From Cercozoa sp. M6MM (lineage: Eukaryota > Protista > Endomyxa: Ascetosporea): a stretch of DNA of 64,000 nt. Below, in pieces: positions 1-12,126 of the stretch. The notes under the pieces were generated by a model that saw nothing but the letters and a program-made list of their open reading frames with translations, had not been told where the DNA came from and ran no database searches. The translations under genes and the position numbers were made by a program. The stretch lies in NCBI GenBank assembly GCA_040357565.1, contig JBDODJ010000002.1. The stretch is one strand, 5' to 3'. The number at the start of each line of letters is the position of its first letter. Within the stretch, counting starts at the first letter, position 1.

Positions 1-2091
1 CGGTGCGTGCGTTGCAAAGCTTGTTTTGCATTTTTTGCAATCTTTGCAGTGTTGAGTTTTGGTTGCACAGTGCGGCTTCGAAGCGACTAGGTGTGCGTTT
101 CCTGGCAGCTCATGGTCTTCGTGGCCAGCGCAAAGATGCGACGAACTTTGGCGACGACCGCGTGTCGTTCATGTTCACGCTGGAGCACGACCGGCCGGGC
201 GCTCTGCGTGAGGCTTTGGAGCTCTTCTTCCGGCACGACGTGCAGTTGACACACATCGAGAGCAAGCCCGTGCCTCTGGGTGAGAACCAGATCGAGTTCT
301 TTCTGGATGCTGCCGTTGACGGCGAGGAGGCATGTTCCCCTTGTTACTCCTTTCCCATATCTGCACTGCTATTTCCCCTTGTTGCACAGGCACGGGCCAA
401 CCTTGACAAGTGCCTCGAGCACATGAAGTCACGCTCTGAGGACTACTCGCAAGTTCTTGTCACGTAGCTTTAGCCTTCGCTTTTGTTCCTATGCTCTCTG
501 TCAAGCCCCATCTTCCCTCACAGAGGCAGCAAGGAGGTGCCGTGGTTCCCGCGCAACCTGGAGGAGCTCGACAGTCTCGCCAACAATGTCCTCGAGGCTG
601 GTGCTGATCTGGAATCGTAACACAATCTCTTCTTCATTTCCTATTTCCTGTGTATCTCATGTTTAATTCTTTGCCCTTCTTAGCGACCACCCTGGTTTTA
701 ACGACCCGGAGTACCGCTCGCGCCGCAAGGAGATTGCGCAGTTCGCTGCCGACTTTAAGCTTGGGTAGTCCCTCCTCTTACTCCCTTCCCCACACCTTTG
801 TTGACCTGTCTCTTCAGACGCCCCATCGACTACATTGAGTACACCGAGGCTGAGAACGCGACGTGGCAGGCCGTGTGGAACCAGCTTGTGCCGCAGTTCC
901 GCAAACATGGCTGCAAGTATACTCTCTTCCTGTACACCCCCCCCCCCCGTTACCCATCACTCCCCTGTGCTTAGAGAGTTCCTGGAGTCGTTCGACCTGC
1001 TACGCGAGCGCGGTGCCTATAAGGAGGATCAGGTGCCGCAGCTGCGCGATGTCAGTGCCGTCCTCGCCCAGGTAAAGGGAGCATGGGGGGGTAAAGGTAG
1101 ACAGTGATGTTGCGTTGCTTGTGTCAACAGGAATCTGGCTTCATGCTGCGACCCGTAGCCGGTCTGCTGAGTGCGCGTGACTTCCTCTACGGTCTTGCCT
1201 TCCGAGTCTTCTACTGCACGCAGTGAGTTCTATACCTCCCTTCCCCTTGTTGCTCTCAATCCGCCACGTTTCTTGCTAGGTACATTCGTCATTCGAGTCG
1301 GCCGCTGTACACGCCCGAGCCGGACGTGGTGCACGAGCTCATGGGCCACGCGCCTCTTTTCGCCAACCGCGATTTTGCCGACTTCTCGCAGTGCATTGGT
1401 CTGGCTGGTAAGTGCACTCTGACCGAGTACAGGAAGGCACAAGGGACACATAGGATACATTAGCGCACATGGGGGATAAATGTAGCCATCGGTGCCACGG
1501 ACGAGCAGATCCTGCAACTGGCGCGCTGTTACTGGTTCACGGTTGAATTCGGCTTGTGCCGACAGGACAATGATCTCAAGGTTTACGGTGCCGGCATTTT
1601 GTCCTCGCCGGGTGAGCTCGAGTACGCCATGACGAGGTACCTTTGCCACACACTCTTTTGTCATCTTTTAACTCCCTCCCCCTAGTGACGAACCAGAGCG
1701 CGTGCCGTGGGATCCGTTCGTGGCCGCGCACACGGACTACCCGATCACAACGTACCAACCCAAGTACTTTGTAGCCGACTCATTCGCCGATGCCACGTAC
1801 TGCACTTATTCCACGGGATGTACTGGGCGGGCTATAATGGGTTTGTGTGTGCAGTGATCGCATGCGTGAATTTGCCGATTCATTCGAACGGCCGTTCGGT
1901 GTGTCGTTCAACCCGGCCACCAAAACCATTATCGTCGACCGCAACGTCAAGCTGCTCTCCAGGTAAGGGCTGTCGTAGTCGTCGTGCTATGCAGTACCAA
2001 AGAGTTTTTTCTGCTGTCTGACAGAGAGGAGACGCTGCAGCAGCAAGCTGATGCCGCCAAGAAGCAGCTTGACTCGCAAAAGGTCGAGTAG
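1..2091 (+). CDS. PAH: Phenylalanine 4-hydroxylase (ACT domain + biopterin-dependent aromatic amino acid hydroxylase), ~11 introns, 5' end outside window
   Basis: ACT domain ([11 protein letters not shown]...LTHIESKP). Spliced exons give [62 protein letters not shown] (Fe-binding His pair), [21 protein letters not shown] and [12 protein letters not shown]. Stop TAG at 2089-2091. Confidence 0.95.
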
Positions 2092-2452
2092 GTGATGTGA
2101 TGAACCGAACTGACTGCGATCGGCCTAGGTCGCGTCGATCGGAATTCAAACAGTCGCGTCGATTGTCGCCGGTGGGTCGCGTCGGGAGTACACTTCGCTT
2201 TGCCGTGCGTGTTCGCGATGGCTCTTCAATCGAGGACCCCACCGGTCATAATGATAAATTCAAGTTACTATACGTAACTTAGTTCAGATACTACGCTAGT
2301 CGTCATGTGCAGATGAAAGTGCACGGCCACCAAAGTGACTTTTAACCGTTATGCGGGCACCCCGCAGGGGAACTGACTCTGCACAGACTCAACTATCTAA
2401 CAACAGTAAAATTTAGTCGGTATTTTACATATTTAAATAATTCCAAGTCGCG

Positions 2453-3784
2453 TCAACCGTCTAATTCTTTGAAAGTCGGAGACTTAGATGGCAACAACAG
2501 TTGCGGCAACGTGCGCATAGACTGCGACGTAGCGCTTTTGGCCAGGCTTTCAGTGCTGCTGGACAAAGGCACTGCTGTTTGCGGGGCCGTTCGCTCGCCA
2601 TACAGATCTGCAAAACAAACGATTACTACCGATAGTAAAAGTTAAATAGATTGGAAAAGGCAGAGGCCAACTGACATCGACGCATGTCATGAATCGCTTT
2701 TTGAATCGACGCAGGATTGGAATTCGGCATGTCTCGAATAAGTTTGGCCCACACACGGCAACGAATGTTGCTAAACCAGGTCGTCACTTGTTCGAAACTG
2801 AGATTTGCTTGTGCAGCAAGTAGCATCTTTTGTTCCTGTGTGAGCAGATGTTTAAAACCGAAACCCAGAGCTGGGCTAGTTTCAAAGCAGTAACTCTAAG
2901 TTTAAGTACTTGTGTTGGGTACGGGTGCATCAAATGTGCAAGCAGCCACTCGCGAAGAACGTCGACGTTGACGCTCCGGAAATTTCCTGCCTGCTCTCCA
3001 AGATCACGGATAATAATTTACACGCATATATTTTTGTAGTCGTGATTCAAGCATCAGTGCTGCACCCTTGGGATGTTTTCGTGTGAGTTTGATGTTGACG
3101 GAGGAGCTGTTTCCACACTCGCAGGTGCAATGTCTCGTGTGTTCCGGGTGTTTTGGATGAGTTGTTCAACAGAGATCTCATCTGTTGGTTTCTGAGTCTT
3201 CATTTTACGACGTGCGAGCTCTGTGACACGGTAAGCTTTGCAGATATACAGCACGTGCAACTGCCTTTCCGACGACGAAAATCGCTCTCGCGCTGTTTTA
3301 ATGAACAACTCCTCTTCTTCTGTTGACACGCTTCCTTTCTCTCTGAAGGTCGGAGCGGAGATACATCATTGTTAACTTTTGTTCATGTCAGTCAAAGACT
3401 ATGCACTTACTTAAGTTCGCCAACTTGCTGCAGCGCTTTTCTCTGCATTGCTGCTATGCGCTCGCGTTTTGCGTGAAAATGGTGCGCGAGGGCAGGATAT
3501 CCATTCAGAACACCATCAAACTCGTTTGAGTCAGACAAATCCTGAGACCGTGCAGTTCCGAGTGTGGCCTTTGTGATTTTCACATTCGGCACAATCGATA
3601 TCACAGTGGCAGCAACCGGACAAACATCCTCCTTCTCTTTAGCCGAGCTTGGTTCGGCCTTTCTGCTGTCGTGTTGCAGTTGACCGGCACAGTTTCCAAA
3701 CTCCCTTAAGCCTTTTTCTTTTTCTTCTTCTTCTTTGGCGTCGCATTTGCGCTTTGTTGATGGGAGCAATTGTTTCGACGACAT
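2453..3784 (-). CDS. TALE-class homeodomain transcription factor (multi-exon)
   Basis: Spliced homeodomain GNFRSVNVDVLREWLLAHLMHPYPTQ|EQKMLLAAQANLSFEQVTTWFSNIRCRVW, with the PYP loop and WFxN recognition helix. Start and last exon approximate. Confidence 0.85.
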
Positions 3785-4365
3785 TTCGACTCGGTTCTGC
3801 GCAGTACTGTAAATTTCAACTCGAGCATTTCCGAGAGCAGACAAACAAACCATCAGCAATAGGAGTTGCACCCCCCAAAGAGGCACTAAGTCGAGAACAC
3901 AATGACCGGCGGGTCACTCAAGAGTGCCGGTTGCAGGCCTCAAGTTGTAAGGTCAGATCAGACAAGCCTCCAGATTTTCATCCGAGCGGACGGATTCAGC
4001 ATAGTTGAGAAACGCTGGCTCTGTCCGAAAACTGCCATGAAAATACAGCGAATGCCTGTCTGCAACAATTTTCTCCTACTGCATGCAGTGCTTCTTAATT
4101 AGCACGCGTGTTTGAAGTTAAAATTATTTGCTCGCCGGACGCATTGCGTAAATTTAACTTGCGTTGGGAATTTAACCCCGCCACACGACAGTACGTACGC
4201 GTACATACGATTGACAGCCGTACGCTACGCTAGCTAATTGAACGGAACGCAACTAAACCGAACTGAACGCGTAAGTTAACGCGACGACGGCTATATGATA
4301 TACAGTATACTTGTACTACGCGTACGACACGCCGAAGATCCACCGACACGAACCGGACGTCGACG

Positions 4366-7300
4366 TCAGAAAAGGTTGGGTGGAGGGAGACCACCCAGGG
4401 GTGTGCGCGCGGAAGGTAAACCGCCGGGGACGTGACTCTGTTCGAATTGTTGTTGTTGCTGTTGGGGTTGTTGTTGTTGATGTTGCTGCTGCTGCTGGAG
4501 TTGCTGAAGTTGTAGCAGTTGCTGTCGTCGCTGCTGCTGCAACTGGACGTAACTCGCGTGCTGCTGCTGCAACTGCATCACGTGGTGATACTGTTGTGAC
4601 ATCATTCGCTACGTACACAAGGTATATACGGAGGCGGGGACCAAGGCTATTGGAAGAGGCCTACCTGTCGCTGCAAGAGCTGCTGCTTCTGTCGCTCCTG
4701 CTGCGTCTTGTGAAACATAAAAACTGCTTGCGGATTCATCTCCTTCATGCCGGTGGCGAAAGAGACGCCTCGCTCGCGGTAGACCGTGTGCACCCTCAGT
4801 TTGCTGCGGAAGCGTTCCACGCGCTGCGACAGCAGTTGGTGCTCAACCGCGCCGAGGTGCCGCTTGCATGACAGCGCCGTTGTCGCTACACATATTGGGG
4901 AACCAGAGTAAGGGGTAAGAGGGTAGAGGGCTGGCTGACAAGGGGAAGCAGTACCTACTCGCAGACAGCGCTGCATCCGAGCGAGCGCGAGTCGCATGTC
5001 GCCATGTCGGTGCAGTGCCCAGTAGAAGTGTACAGGACAGATGGCCGCACTCAATATTTGGTTCTAGGGAGGGTAGGGTAAGAGGGGTAGAGTAAGAGGA
5101 TAGACAAAAATGACAGGGCACCACGCAGGCGTAGACCTCGACAATCGGCATCTTTGGTGACATGAAGGCACACACAATGTCACTCTCACACGTGGCAACC
5201 TCAGTCGTCTGCGATGGTGTGCCAGTCGAGGACGGTGTCGCAGGTGATCGCGACTGATCATGTGACGGTGCCGCGATCAGTTTCAGCGTATCCTCAATCA
5301 CGCGCTCCAACAAACCGATGAGCGCCTGCAGGGGGAGTAAACTTTAAAGGTCATCGAGGGTGAAAAGACAAATACCTGCATGTCGGCTTCCTTCTGCGCG
5401 AACAACGGCAGCGCCCATAGTAGCGTCTCCTGTACACATCGGGATGAAGGGTGTAAAAGGGTTTAAAGCTGAAGGACCATCGCAATGGCGTGCATATCTG
5501 TCTTCTGGCACGTGCTTACAAGATCTACAGGAATAGTACAGGGTGTAAAACAGAAACAGGGAAGGGGTAAGAGGGGGGCAAGAAGTCAACACCGATAAGT
5601 CTCGCAGCCGTGCCGGTGGGCCGAAGAATACTGGCCAGCTCAAAAGCCGTACGCATCATTTCGGCCGCCTGAACACGCATGCGTTTGAGGCGTGTGGCAG
5701 CGTTATTATCAGTGGCCGTCGCAGTGAGAGCAGCAGCGTCTGTGGCGGTGGTGTCAATGACACCAGTGGCACCAGTGGAACTGTCAGAGACAGCTTCATC
5801 GGAGCGATCACAGCCCAAGAGGAAGTGCCGCTGTGCTGCGTACATGCGCACCGAAAGCACCACGGCCTGTCGTGCAAACTCGTCAGCGTCTCGCCACTAC
5901 AGACACGCCACGTGGTAACTCAGAAGTCAGTGACTCATAGCCGCCACTTGAAAGGGTCACATATTCAGGTAGCAGTACCCGCTGCAGACACATGGCCAGA
6001 GCGACGGCGTCGCGCACGGCGCGCAGCACGAGCGGCGTGACTACACCCTGCACGGCACACGGCAGGTAGCGCCGCACGTGCAAGTACGCTTCCTGCATAA
6101 GTGCTGACGGCGGCTCTTTCTGTGCCAGGGGTATCAAGGAGGCAAAATGGTAACACATGGAGAGTAGTACAGTATGCAAGCTGCAGAAGTAGGCGTAATC
6201 AAGTGCCAGTGACAGTCGCAGTGCGTGCACAGTAGCGCCCATGGCTGCGTGTGACGGCATCGGCTGCCGCAGTCGAGGCAAGAAATGTCGCTGCAGCTTC
6301 TGCACCAACTCGGCACTCGGACTCCACTGCCGGCCAGTTCGCCGACTCTCGCTGCACACACAGACAACATACCAAGGTATCTTTACGCCTATACCTCTGT
6401 TCGCACTTGAAGCATGAAGCTACGCTGCCATCGTCGCCGCCGTCAGCAGCAACAGACTCTCCAGCGTCATGGTTTCGCCGTGAAACGCCGTTCGCTCGTG
6501 CTCGCAGATCTTGTCAAAGTCTTGTGCTGCCAAAGCGCAGCAAGACCAAAGTGAACAAGGCAAAAAATCGTCGAAACTTTGACATGAACATCGAGTGAAA
6601 TTGCAAAAGCCGGTCGTACTTTGTTCGGCACGCCATGCGATTAGCAACGCTGGTCGCAAGTACCTCATTGCTTTTTTCTGTTGAAAAACAAAAGCAAAGC
6701 AATTCAAAACGTCAGTTCAAACAACTGAAGCGAATGAGAGAGAGAGCAAAAGCGTACGAGTCCGTCGACAACGTCGTGCACAACGCGAAGTTTGAAATCA
6801 TGAATCTGTTTTTTGCGCTCGACGCCGTTTTGCTGCAGCTGGAGCTGCTCGGTCTTGCAGCGTGAAATCTCTTCTTTGAGCAGCGTCGCCTGTTGCTGCC
6901 GCTCCTGCAGCGACGTTGCCACTGCCTGTTGTTGCTGTTGCTGTTGCTGCAGTGTCTTCAGTGCCTCTGACGCTCGCATTCCCTGCGAAAAGTGGTTAGT
7001 CAGACTAAAGCAGCAGACAAAACACAACAACTCAGAGCTTACTCGAGCGTTAACGGCGCTCAGTTTTTGCTGTACGTCGCGCAGCTCGAGTTGCATCTCT
7101 CGCAATCTGCACACATTTTGGTTGGCTTCGAAATCAAGCAAAGGCGAAAGGAAAAAAGCGCACGGTTCGCCACGCAAGATACGCAACCGATCGACTCGCT
7201 TGAGCGCAAAGGAAGCGAGTGCGCCAGAGCACACGACGAGCATCGTGACACAACGAAGCGAATCGAGCTGCACCAGTCGCTCGCGCATCAAGCGCTCAGT

Positions 7301-8020
7301 CGACGCGAGGCGCGCGCTCAGCTCATCGCTCAACTCATCGCTTAACTCGCACTCGTGCAGCGGCAGCACTGCCTCGGTGATCTCGCTCAGTAGTGCATCC
7401 TCTCGCTGCGGGTCCTTGCGTGCCTCGAGTCGGTCCGTTAGTTTATAGGGAAGCTCGCTGCTACTCAGCCTCACCTGCAAGAAGGAAAGAAACTCACAGC
7501 TCAAGTCATCTCATTTCTCACCTCACCTCACCTCAACTTAACTCAAATCAACTCAACTCAGCCCAAATCAACTCAGCTCAACTAAACTCAACTCACTCAA
7601 CAACCCAACTCAACTCACTCCCAGCTCAACTCAACTCAACCAATCAACTCAACTCGGCACCAAAGCTTCTTAGCACAACTTCGGTCCCACGAGCAAAAAG
7701 CCGATACCCGCCCACTGTCACTTGAGGAGGAGGAAGCGCTTGTGGGACGAAAGGTGGCTCGACCATCCGATGCCGCGACCGGCCGCCACATCGCGTGTTT
7801 GCTCACGCAGCAATCAACTCCGCACGCTCCGAGCTGATAAACACAACACTCAACTTCTGCAGGGGACTTTTTTGGCGACAAAACCAAGTACCTCAGCAGA
7901 CAAATGTGGTTTGCTCCACACCGTTGAGCAGACTTTAAGCAGTCCAGACGTGCCTTGCCTAACGTCACTTGCCAGTGACCCGTCTGTCTGCACGTCTAAT
8001 GTCGTTTTTGAGGGCTCCCC
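4366..8020 (-). CDS. Hypothetical multi-exon protein with coiled-coil segments and C-terminal poly-Gln (may be two genes)
   Basis: Series of GT-AG-bounded coding-like segments (e.g. LEARKDPQREDALLSEI..., LKTLQQQQQQQQAVATSLQERQQ...). Last exon is Q-rich and stops at 4366. No family motif recognised. Confidence 0.5.
4447..4575 (-). repeat. CAG/CAA coding repeat (poly-Gln)
   Basis: tgttgttgttgctgttg...gctgctgctgc on the + strand; translates to Q-rich tract on the - strand. Confidence 0.85.
7517..7655. repeat. Degenerate (AACTC)n pentanucleotide microsatellite, intronic in the minus-strand gene
   Basis: Tandem aactc/aatc/cacctc units seen directly. Confidence 0.9.
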
Positions 8021-8082
8021 TATAACGAGATGAGCGCCGAGACAAATAAAGAAATTATGGAAACCTCTGGCAGAGACGCCTG

Positions 8083-10153
8083 ATGGCGCGAGAGCGTGCT
8101 AATTTATAGTGTGTTGTCGTAGTGCGTGCTGCTGTATGCTCTGAGTGGATGAGTGCTTGGCACCATATCGCGCAGATTGACATCCATGATCTGTCCTGCG
8201 TGGATCGGAAGCCAGTGCTGTTTAAGGTACTTTGTGCCTGTACTCATTGCGTAGTTTGTTGTGCGGAGGTCTATGTCTGCGTCTTTGTATTTGGTAGGCA
8301 CCGCTGAGCGACAGGGATCGACTAAGCGATGTGGTGCGAATGATCCGCACCTACCTGCGTGACAGTTCGTCCAGCGGCGACCGTATCTCCGCCGTGGTGG
8401 CGCTGTGGTGCGGCGATTGGCAGCTCACTCTGCCAGGCGCTGTGTCGGACGCACTTGACGACGAATGTCGCCGTCTGCAGCGTGAGATTAGTGGTACTCC
8501 GTCGCTCCGTCGCTGTCAATGCTGATGGGTATGAAACTGTGCTGTGGATATTGCAGACATGACACTGGGCGTTTGCATGCCAATGGTGACCTCAAAGACC
8601 GAGACACTCCAACTTCGAGCCGACATTGTCGTGTGCGATGAGAAAGCTGTTGGGCGCACGAGAACACGCGACATTGTCGTGCAATACTTTGCGCGACACG
8701 AGGCGCAGGTCATCCGTCTTCTGCTGCGTCGCACCAAGCACGTGTCGCTCCGACTCAACCCGTCACAGGACAGCGAGCCCGAAGAGATCGACAAGGACTG
8801 CGTCGACTTTGTCGCACGCTGCGTCGTGGCCCAACTCGCACTCCGTGTTGCGGCTGGCGACTGGCGGATACGTCGCCGCCCCGCGAAGCGATCCGACTCG
8901 AAAGCCGAGTCATTCGACTCATCGTTGAAGCACAAACAACCGAAAGCTTCTTTCGCGAATCAAGATGAAGCAAAGGCGAAAGTACTTTTGGAAGAGCGAA
9001 AGCAAGCGAAACAACACGAAATCTCGTTAGTGCGATGCGCGATGCGCGACTGTATCGAAGAAGTGCTGCGACGCGGCTGCAACGATCTGGGACTCCCGTT
9101 TGCAGACGAGTTCGCGCACGACGACGTTGATGCGGCGCAGCTGATTGAGAGCGGTGTGCTTTGCAAGAAGGACGTGTCTTGTCGCTCACTCGCCAATGCC
9201 ATATCCGACGTCATTCTGGAGATTTCCGTACACGAGTGAGTTTTTCTTCATGCTTTTTTGTGAGGAGTTGCGATGCGTGGAGTTGCGTTGAGTTGAGTTG
9301 AGTTGAGTTGAGTTGCGATGAGTTGAGTTGAGTTGNNNNNNNNNNTGAGTTGAGTTGAGTTGAGTTGAGTTGCGATGAGTTGAGTTGAGTTGAATTGCGA
9401 TGAGTTGGGTTGAGTTGCGATAAGTAGACCAGGCGAAAAAATCGACGAGAGTCGCTCGCTGATCGCACGACGCGTGGCTGGCCTCTGGCGTCGCTTTCTG
9501 CTGCTCGAGCCGAGTGCTTTGCCGAGCGAAGGTGTCTCAATGTTGTGCGGCTTGTTTCCGCTGCTCGCACGCAGTCGCAGCACCGCTTCCGTTTCGCACA
9601 ACGCCGAAATGCTGCAGCGCCTGATGCATGCGATGCACACGTGGCGTTCCGAAGCTTCACCGGATGGTGAGTTGAGTTGCTTTAAGTTGAGTTGCTTTGA
9701 GTTGAGTTGAGTTGAGTTGAGCTGCTTTGCGCAGATCACTTCACTTTCTCGCAAGTGGCGCGCGTGCTTTGGCTCGCCGTGCCGCGCAGCGAGGCACGTC
9801 AACTCTCGGATCTTGAACACATGTCCTTCGTGCGCCGACGAGGCGGCTTGCATGCTGTGCTGCGTGCAATCGGTTTCTGTCCGACCGATGGCAGCAAGGA
9901 CAGCATGTGGCGTCTCATGACCCTTGAAGAGCTCGGTTCCTACACCAGCAACCACGCCGGGCAGACTTTGCCGCTGCTTCGTTCCGCCGAACGCTACGTC
10001 AACCGGCAAATGCAACTCGCGCGCGAGCATGCACTCTCTCGTGCGCGTGCGCTGCTGGACCTGGTGCCTGTCACGCCCGCCCCGAATCTGCCCAAGCGTT
10101 CCCGCAAGCGTTCTCGCCGTCGATCGCGTCGGACGCCCGTTGATATCGATTGA
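8083..10153 (+). CDS. Hypothetical multi-exon protein with basic C-terminal NLS-like tail
   Basis: Long coding exons (8559-9235, 9428-9666, 9735-10153) bounded by GT/AG; ends PKRSRKRSRRRSRRTPVDID*. Confidence 0.55.
9265..9420. repeat. (GAGTT)n microsatellite with assembly gap, intronic; second copy at 9667-9722
   Basis: Tandem gagtt units with N run at 9336-9345. Confidence 0.9.
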
Positions 10154-10306
10154 CGAATCGACGCGAGTTCGATTCGGTTTAGATCAGATGTACCTGTATA
10201 GACTGACTGAACAAACATAATCAAATTCGTTTTTGCAATTGACAACGAGTTGCGTGCACGCGGGTGAGAGGAGGGACTGGCCACTCACGCACTCACTGCA
10301 CGTCGC

Positions 10307-11897
10307 TTACAGTGTCTTGGTTTTCTCCGCCTTTGACTTGCCGGAGATCATACCAAACAGGCTGGAGAAAATAATGCCGCCCCACTTGATGTTCAGCACG
10401 TGCAGCACGAGGTTGGAAAGCTGCATGCCGAGAGACACGACAAAATAGTGGACCGCTGCAGAAACAACAATGTTAAAAGACGCATCGGCTCCAAAGGTTC
10501 AGCGAAGTCGATTGGCACCATCGGTAGTCGACATGGCGGTTGCACCAGTAGCGACAGCGTATTGGATGGTGAGAGTGTCGCGCCAGTACCACAGCGACGA
10601 GATGTAGCCAAAGACGTACCTGATGCCCTGCGCGACTCGAAGCACCAAATAAAGAGAAAAGAAGACTTCCGCGCGGACACACAGTAACGTACCACAAAGG
10701 ACACAACGAAGGCGAGCTCAACAAAAAGCACGATCCGTTGGAAGAGTTGGCCACGCTTTTCACCGCCGTAACTGCAAGTTGAGTGCACTTGAATAGAGAA
10801 ATGACAACAACAATTGCTGGACAGAGAAAATCACAGGCGCAAACAATAACGGATGTTCAGCGGGATCGTCGACAACTCCCAGGCCAGGAAGATCGAGGCG
10901 TAATACGTCGCACACGGCATCACTGCGCTTGGTTTCATGTAAGGCACATTTTCAGCCCACGGGAATTCATAAATGTCGTACAACAGTTGCCGTAGATAAA
11001 GAGACTGCAGAGAGCAAACAGGAGTGTGAGCGAAGTGCAGGAACTCAAGGAAGACAAGTACCAAAGCGCGTGGTGCACGACGTACTGCCAGTCGAGAGGA
11101 CTGCCGGTCCAGTTACACACGAGCCAGGCGAGGTCCCACTTCGAAGATACAACATTCTTCAATCCAAAGTCACGGAAAAAAATAAAAAGGGCCAGAGGGA
11201 ATACCAAGAAGTAACCTAGCGACATCGAGGTCTGCATGAAACCGACTTCGTTAGACAAAAAAGTGCGCGCTGAAATGGTTGTTTCATCATCCGATAACGT
11301 CGGCAGCGGGTATCGCAACTTTTCAAAGGAAGAATATGGAGGCAAAAGCTGAACATCAAACGTTGGGTTTACCACAAGCATGACCGTCAAAGCAACACAC
11401 ACAACGGCATGCGCGGACGAAACGAAGCGGTTCGTAATATCGCGAATGTGCGCTTGTTGCGCCAGCTTGAGGTCACTCTCGCTCACCGTGCACTGCTCGA
11501 TCGGAGCAGTCGTCCTCTTTACTGGCGCTCCAGCCTCAGTCGTTTGTGACGTCTTGTTCTCTTTCTGAAACAAAAAGTAAAACAACTGAAACAGGCATGC
11601 CGCAAACAGCACGAGGCACCTCAAGTTTGGCTTGTCGCCGCAAAGCGCGACGCTCAATTTTCGCCTGCTTGTGCTTCCTCAAAGCTTCAATGTTTTGTAA
11701 GAAAGCCGGCCAGGGCAGCACATGCGCAAACGCGCGCTTCGCCACCTCGTACAGAACGGTGAAGCACACGAAACTGCAGCACCGCACGTACAGTACCCCT
11801 CGGTACAGGCGTCGGTTAAGAGAGGCTTATACCTGAGAGCAATCGGCTGGAGATCAAATTCGCGCCATTGCAGTGCCTCGAAACCGTGTATTTGCAT
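10307..11897 (-). CDS. TLC (TRAM/LAG1/CLN8) domain membrane protein, TLCD4/TMEM56-like
   Basis: NRFVSSAHAVVC, SLGYF, DWQYVVHHAL, FLAWELSTIPLNIR, and a terminal helix VLHVLNIKWGGII followed by a Lys-rich tail. Stop TAA at 10307-10309. Confidence 0.85.
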
Positions 11898-12126
11898 TTT
11901 CCACGTTCTTGCTGCCCCTTCAGCCGGCGCGTGTCAATAACAGATAACACACTGCTAAGATGTTTAAGTCAAATTGCGTCCACACTCGAACGCACACACT
12001 AACAACCCGATACAGTACAGTACAGCTGGGATGCAATCGAGTCAGGAATGCGGCTCAACAGAGCCGATCGCGTTTTGAATAAACAGCTTCGCACGACGCT
12101 CTCAGTGGCGCTAAAGGACGCCCGTG

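Noticed and set aside
449-522. Apparent second GC-AG intron in PAH (gcaagt)
   Set aside because: A downstream GT donor (gtagct at ~464) is also in frame and gives a more PAH-like [16 protein letters not shown].
9000-9235. Weak resemblance of EISLVRCAMRD...SLANAISDVIL to the TOPOVIB-like transducer helix
   Set aside because: Generic amphipathic helix; no GHKL motifs seen; HHpred would be needed.
7517-9420. Inverted AACTC/GAGTT arrays as transposon terminal inverted repeats
   Set aside because: Both sit inside introns of divergent genes; no transposase or target-site duplication seen.
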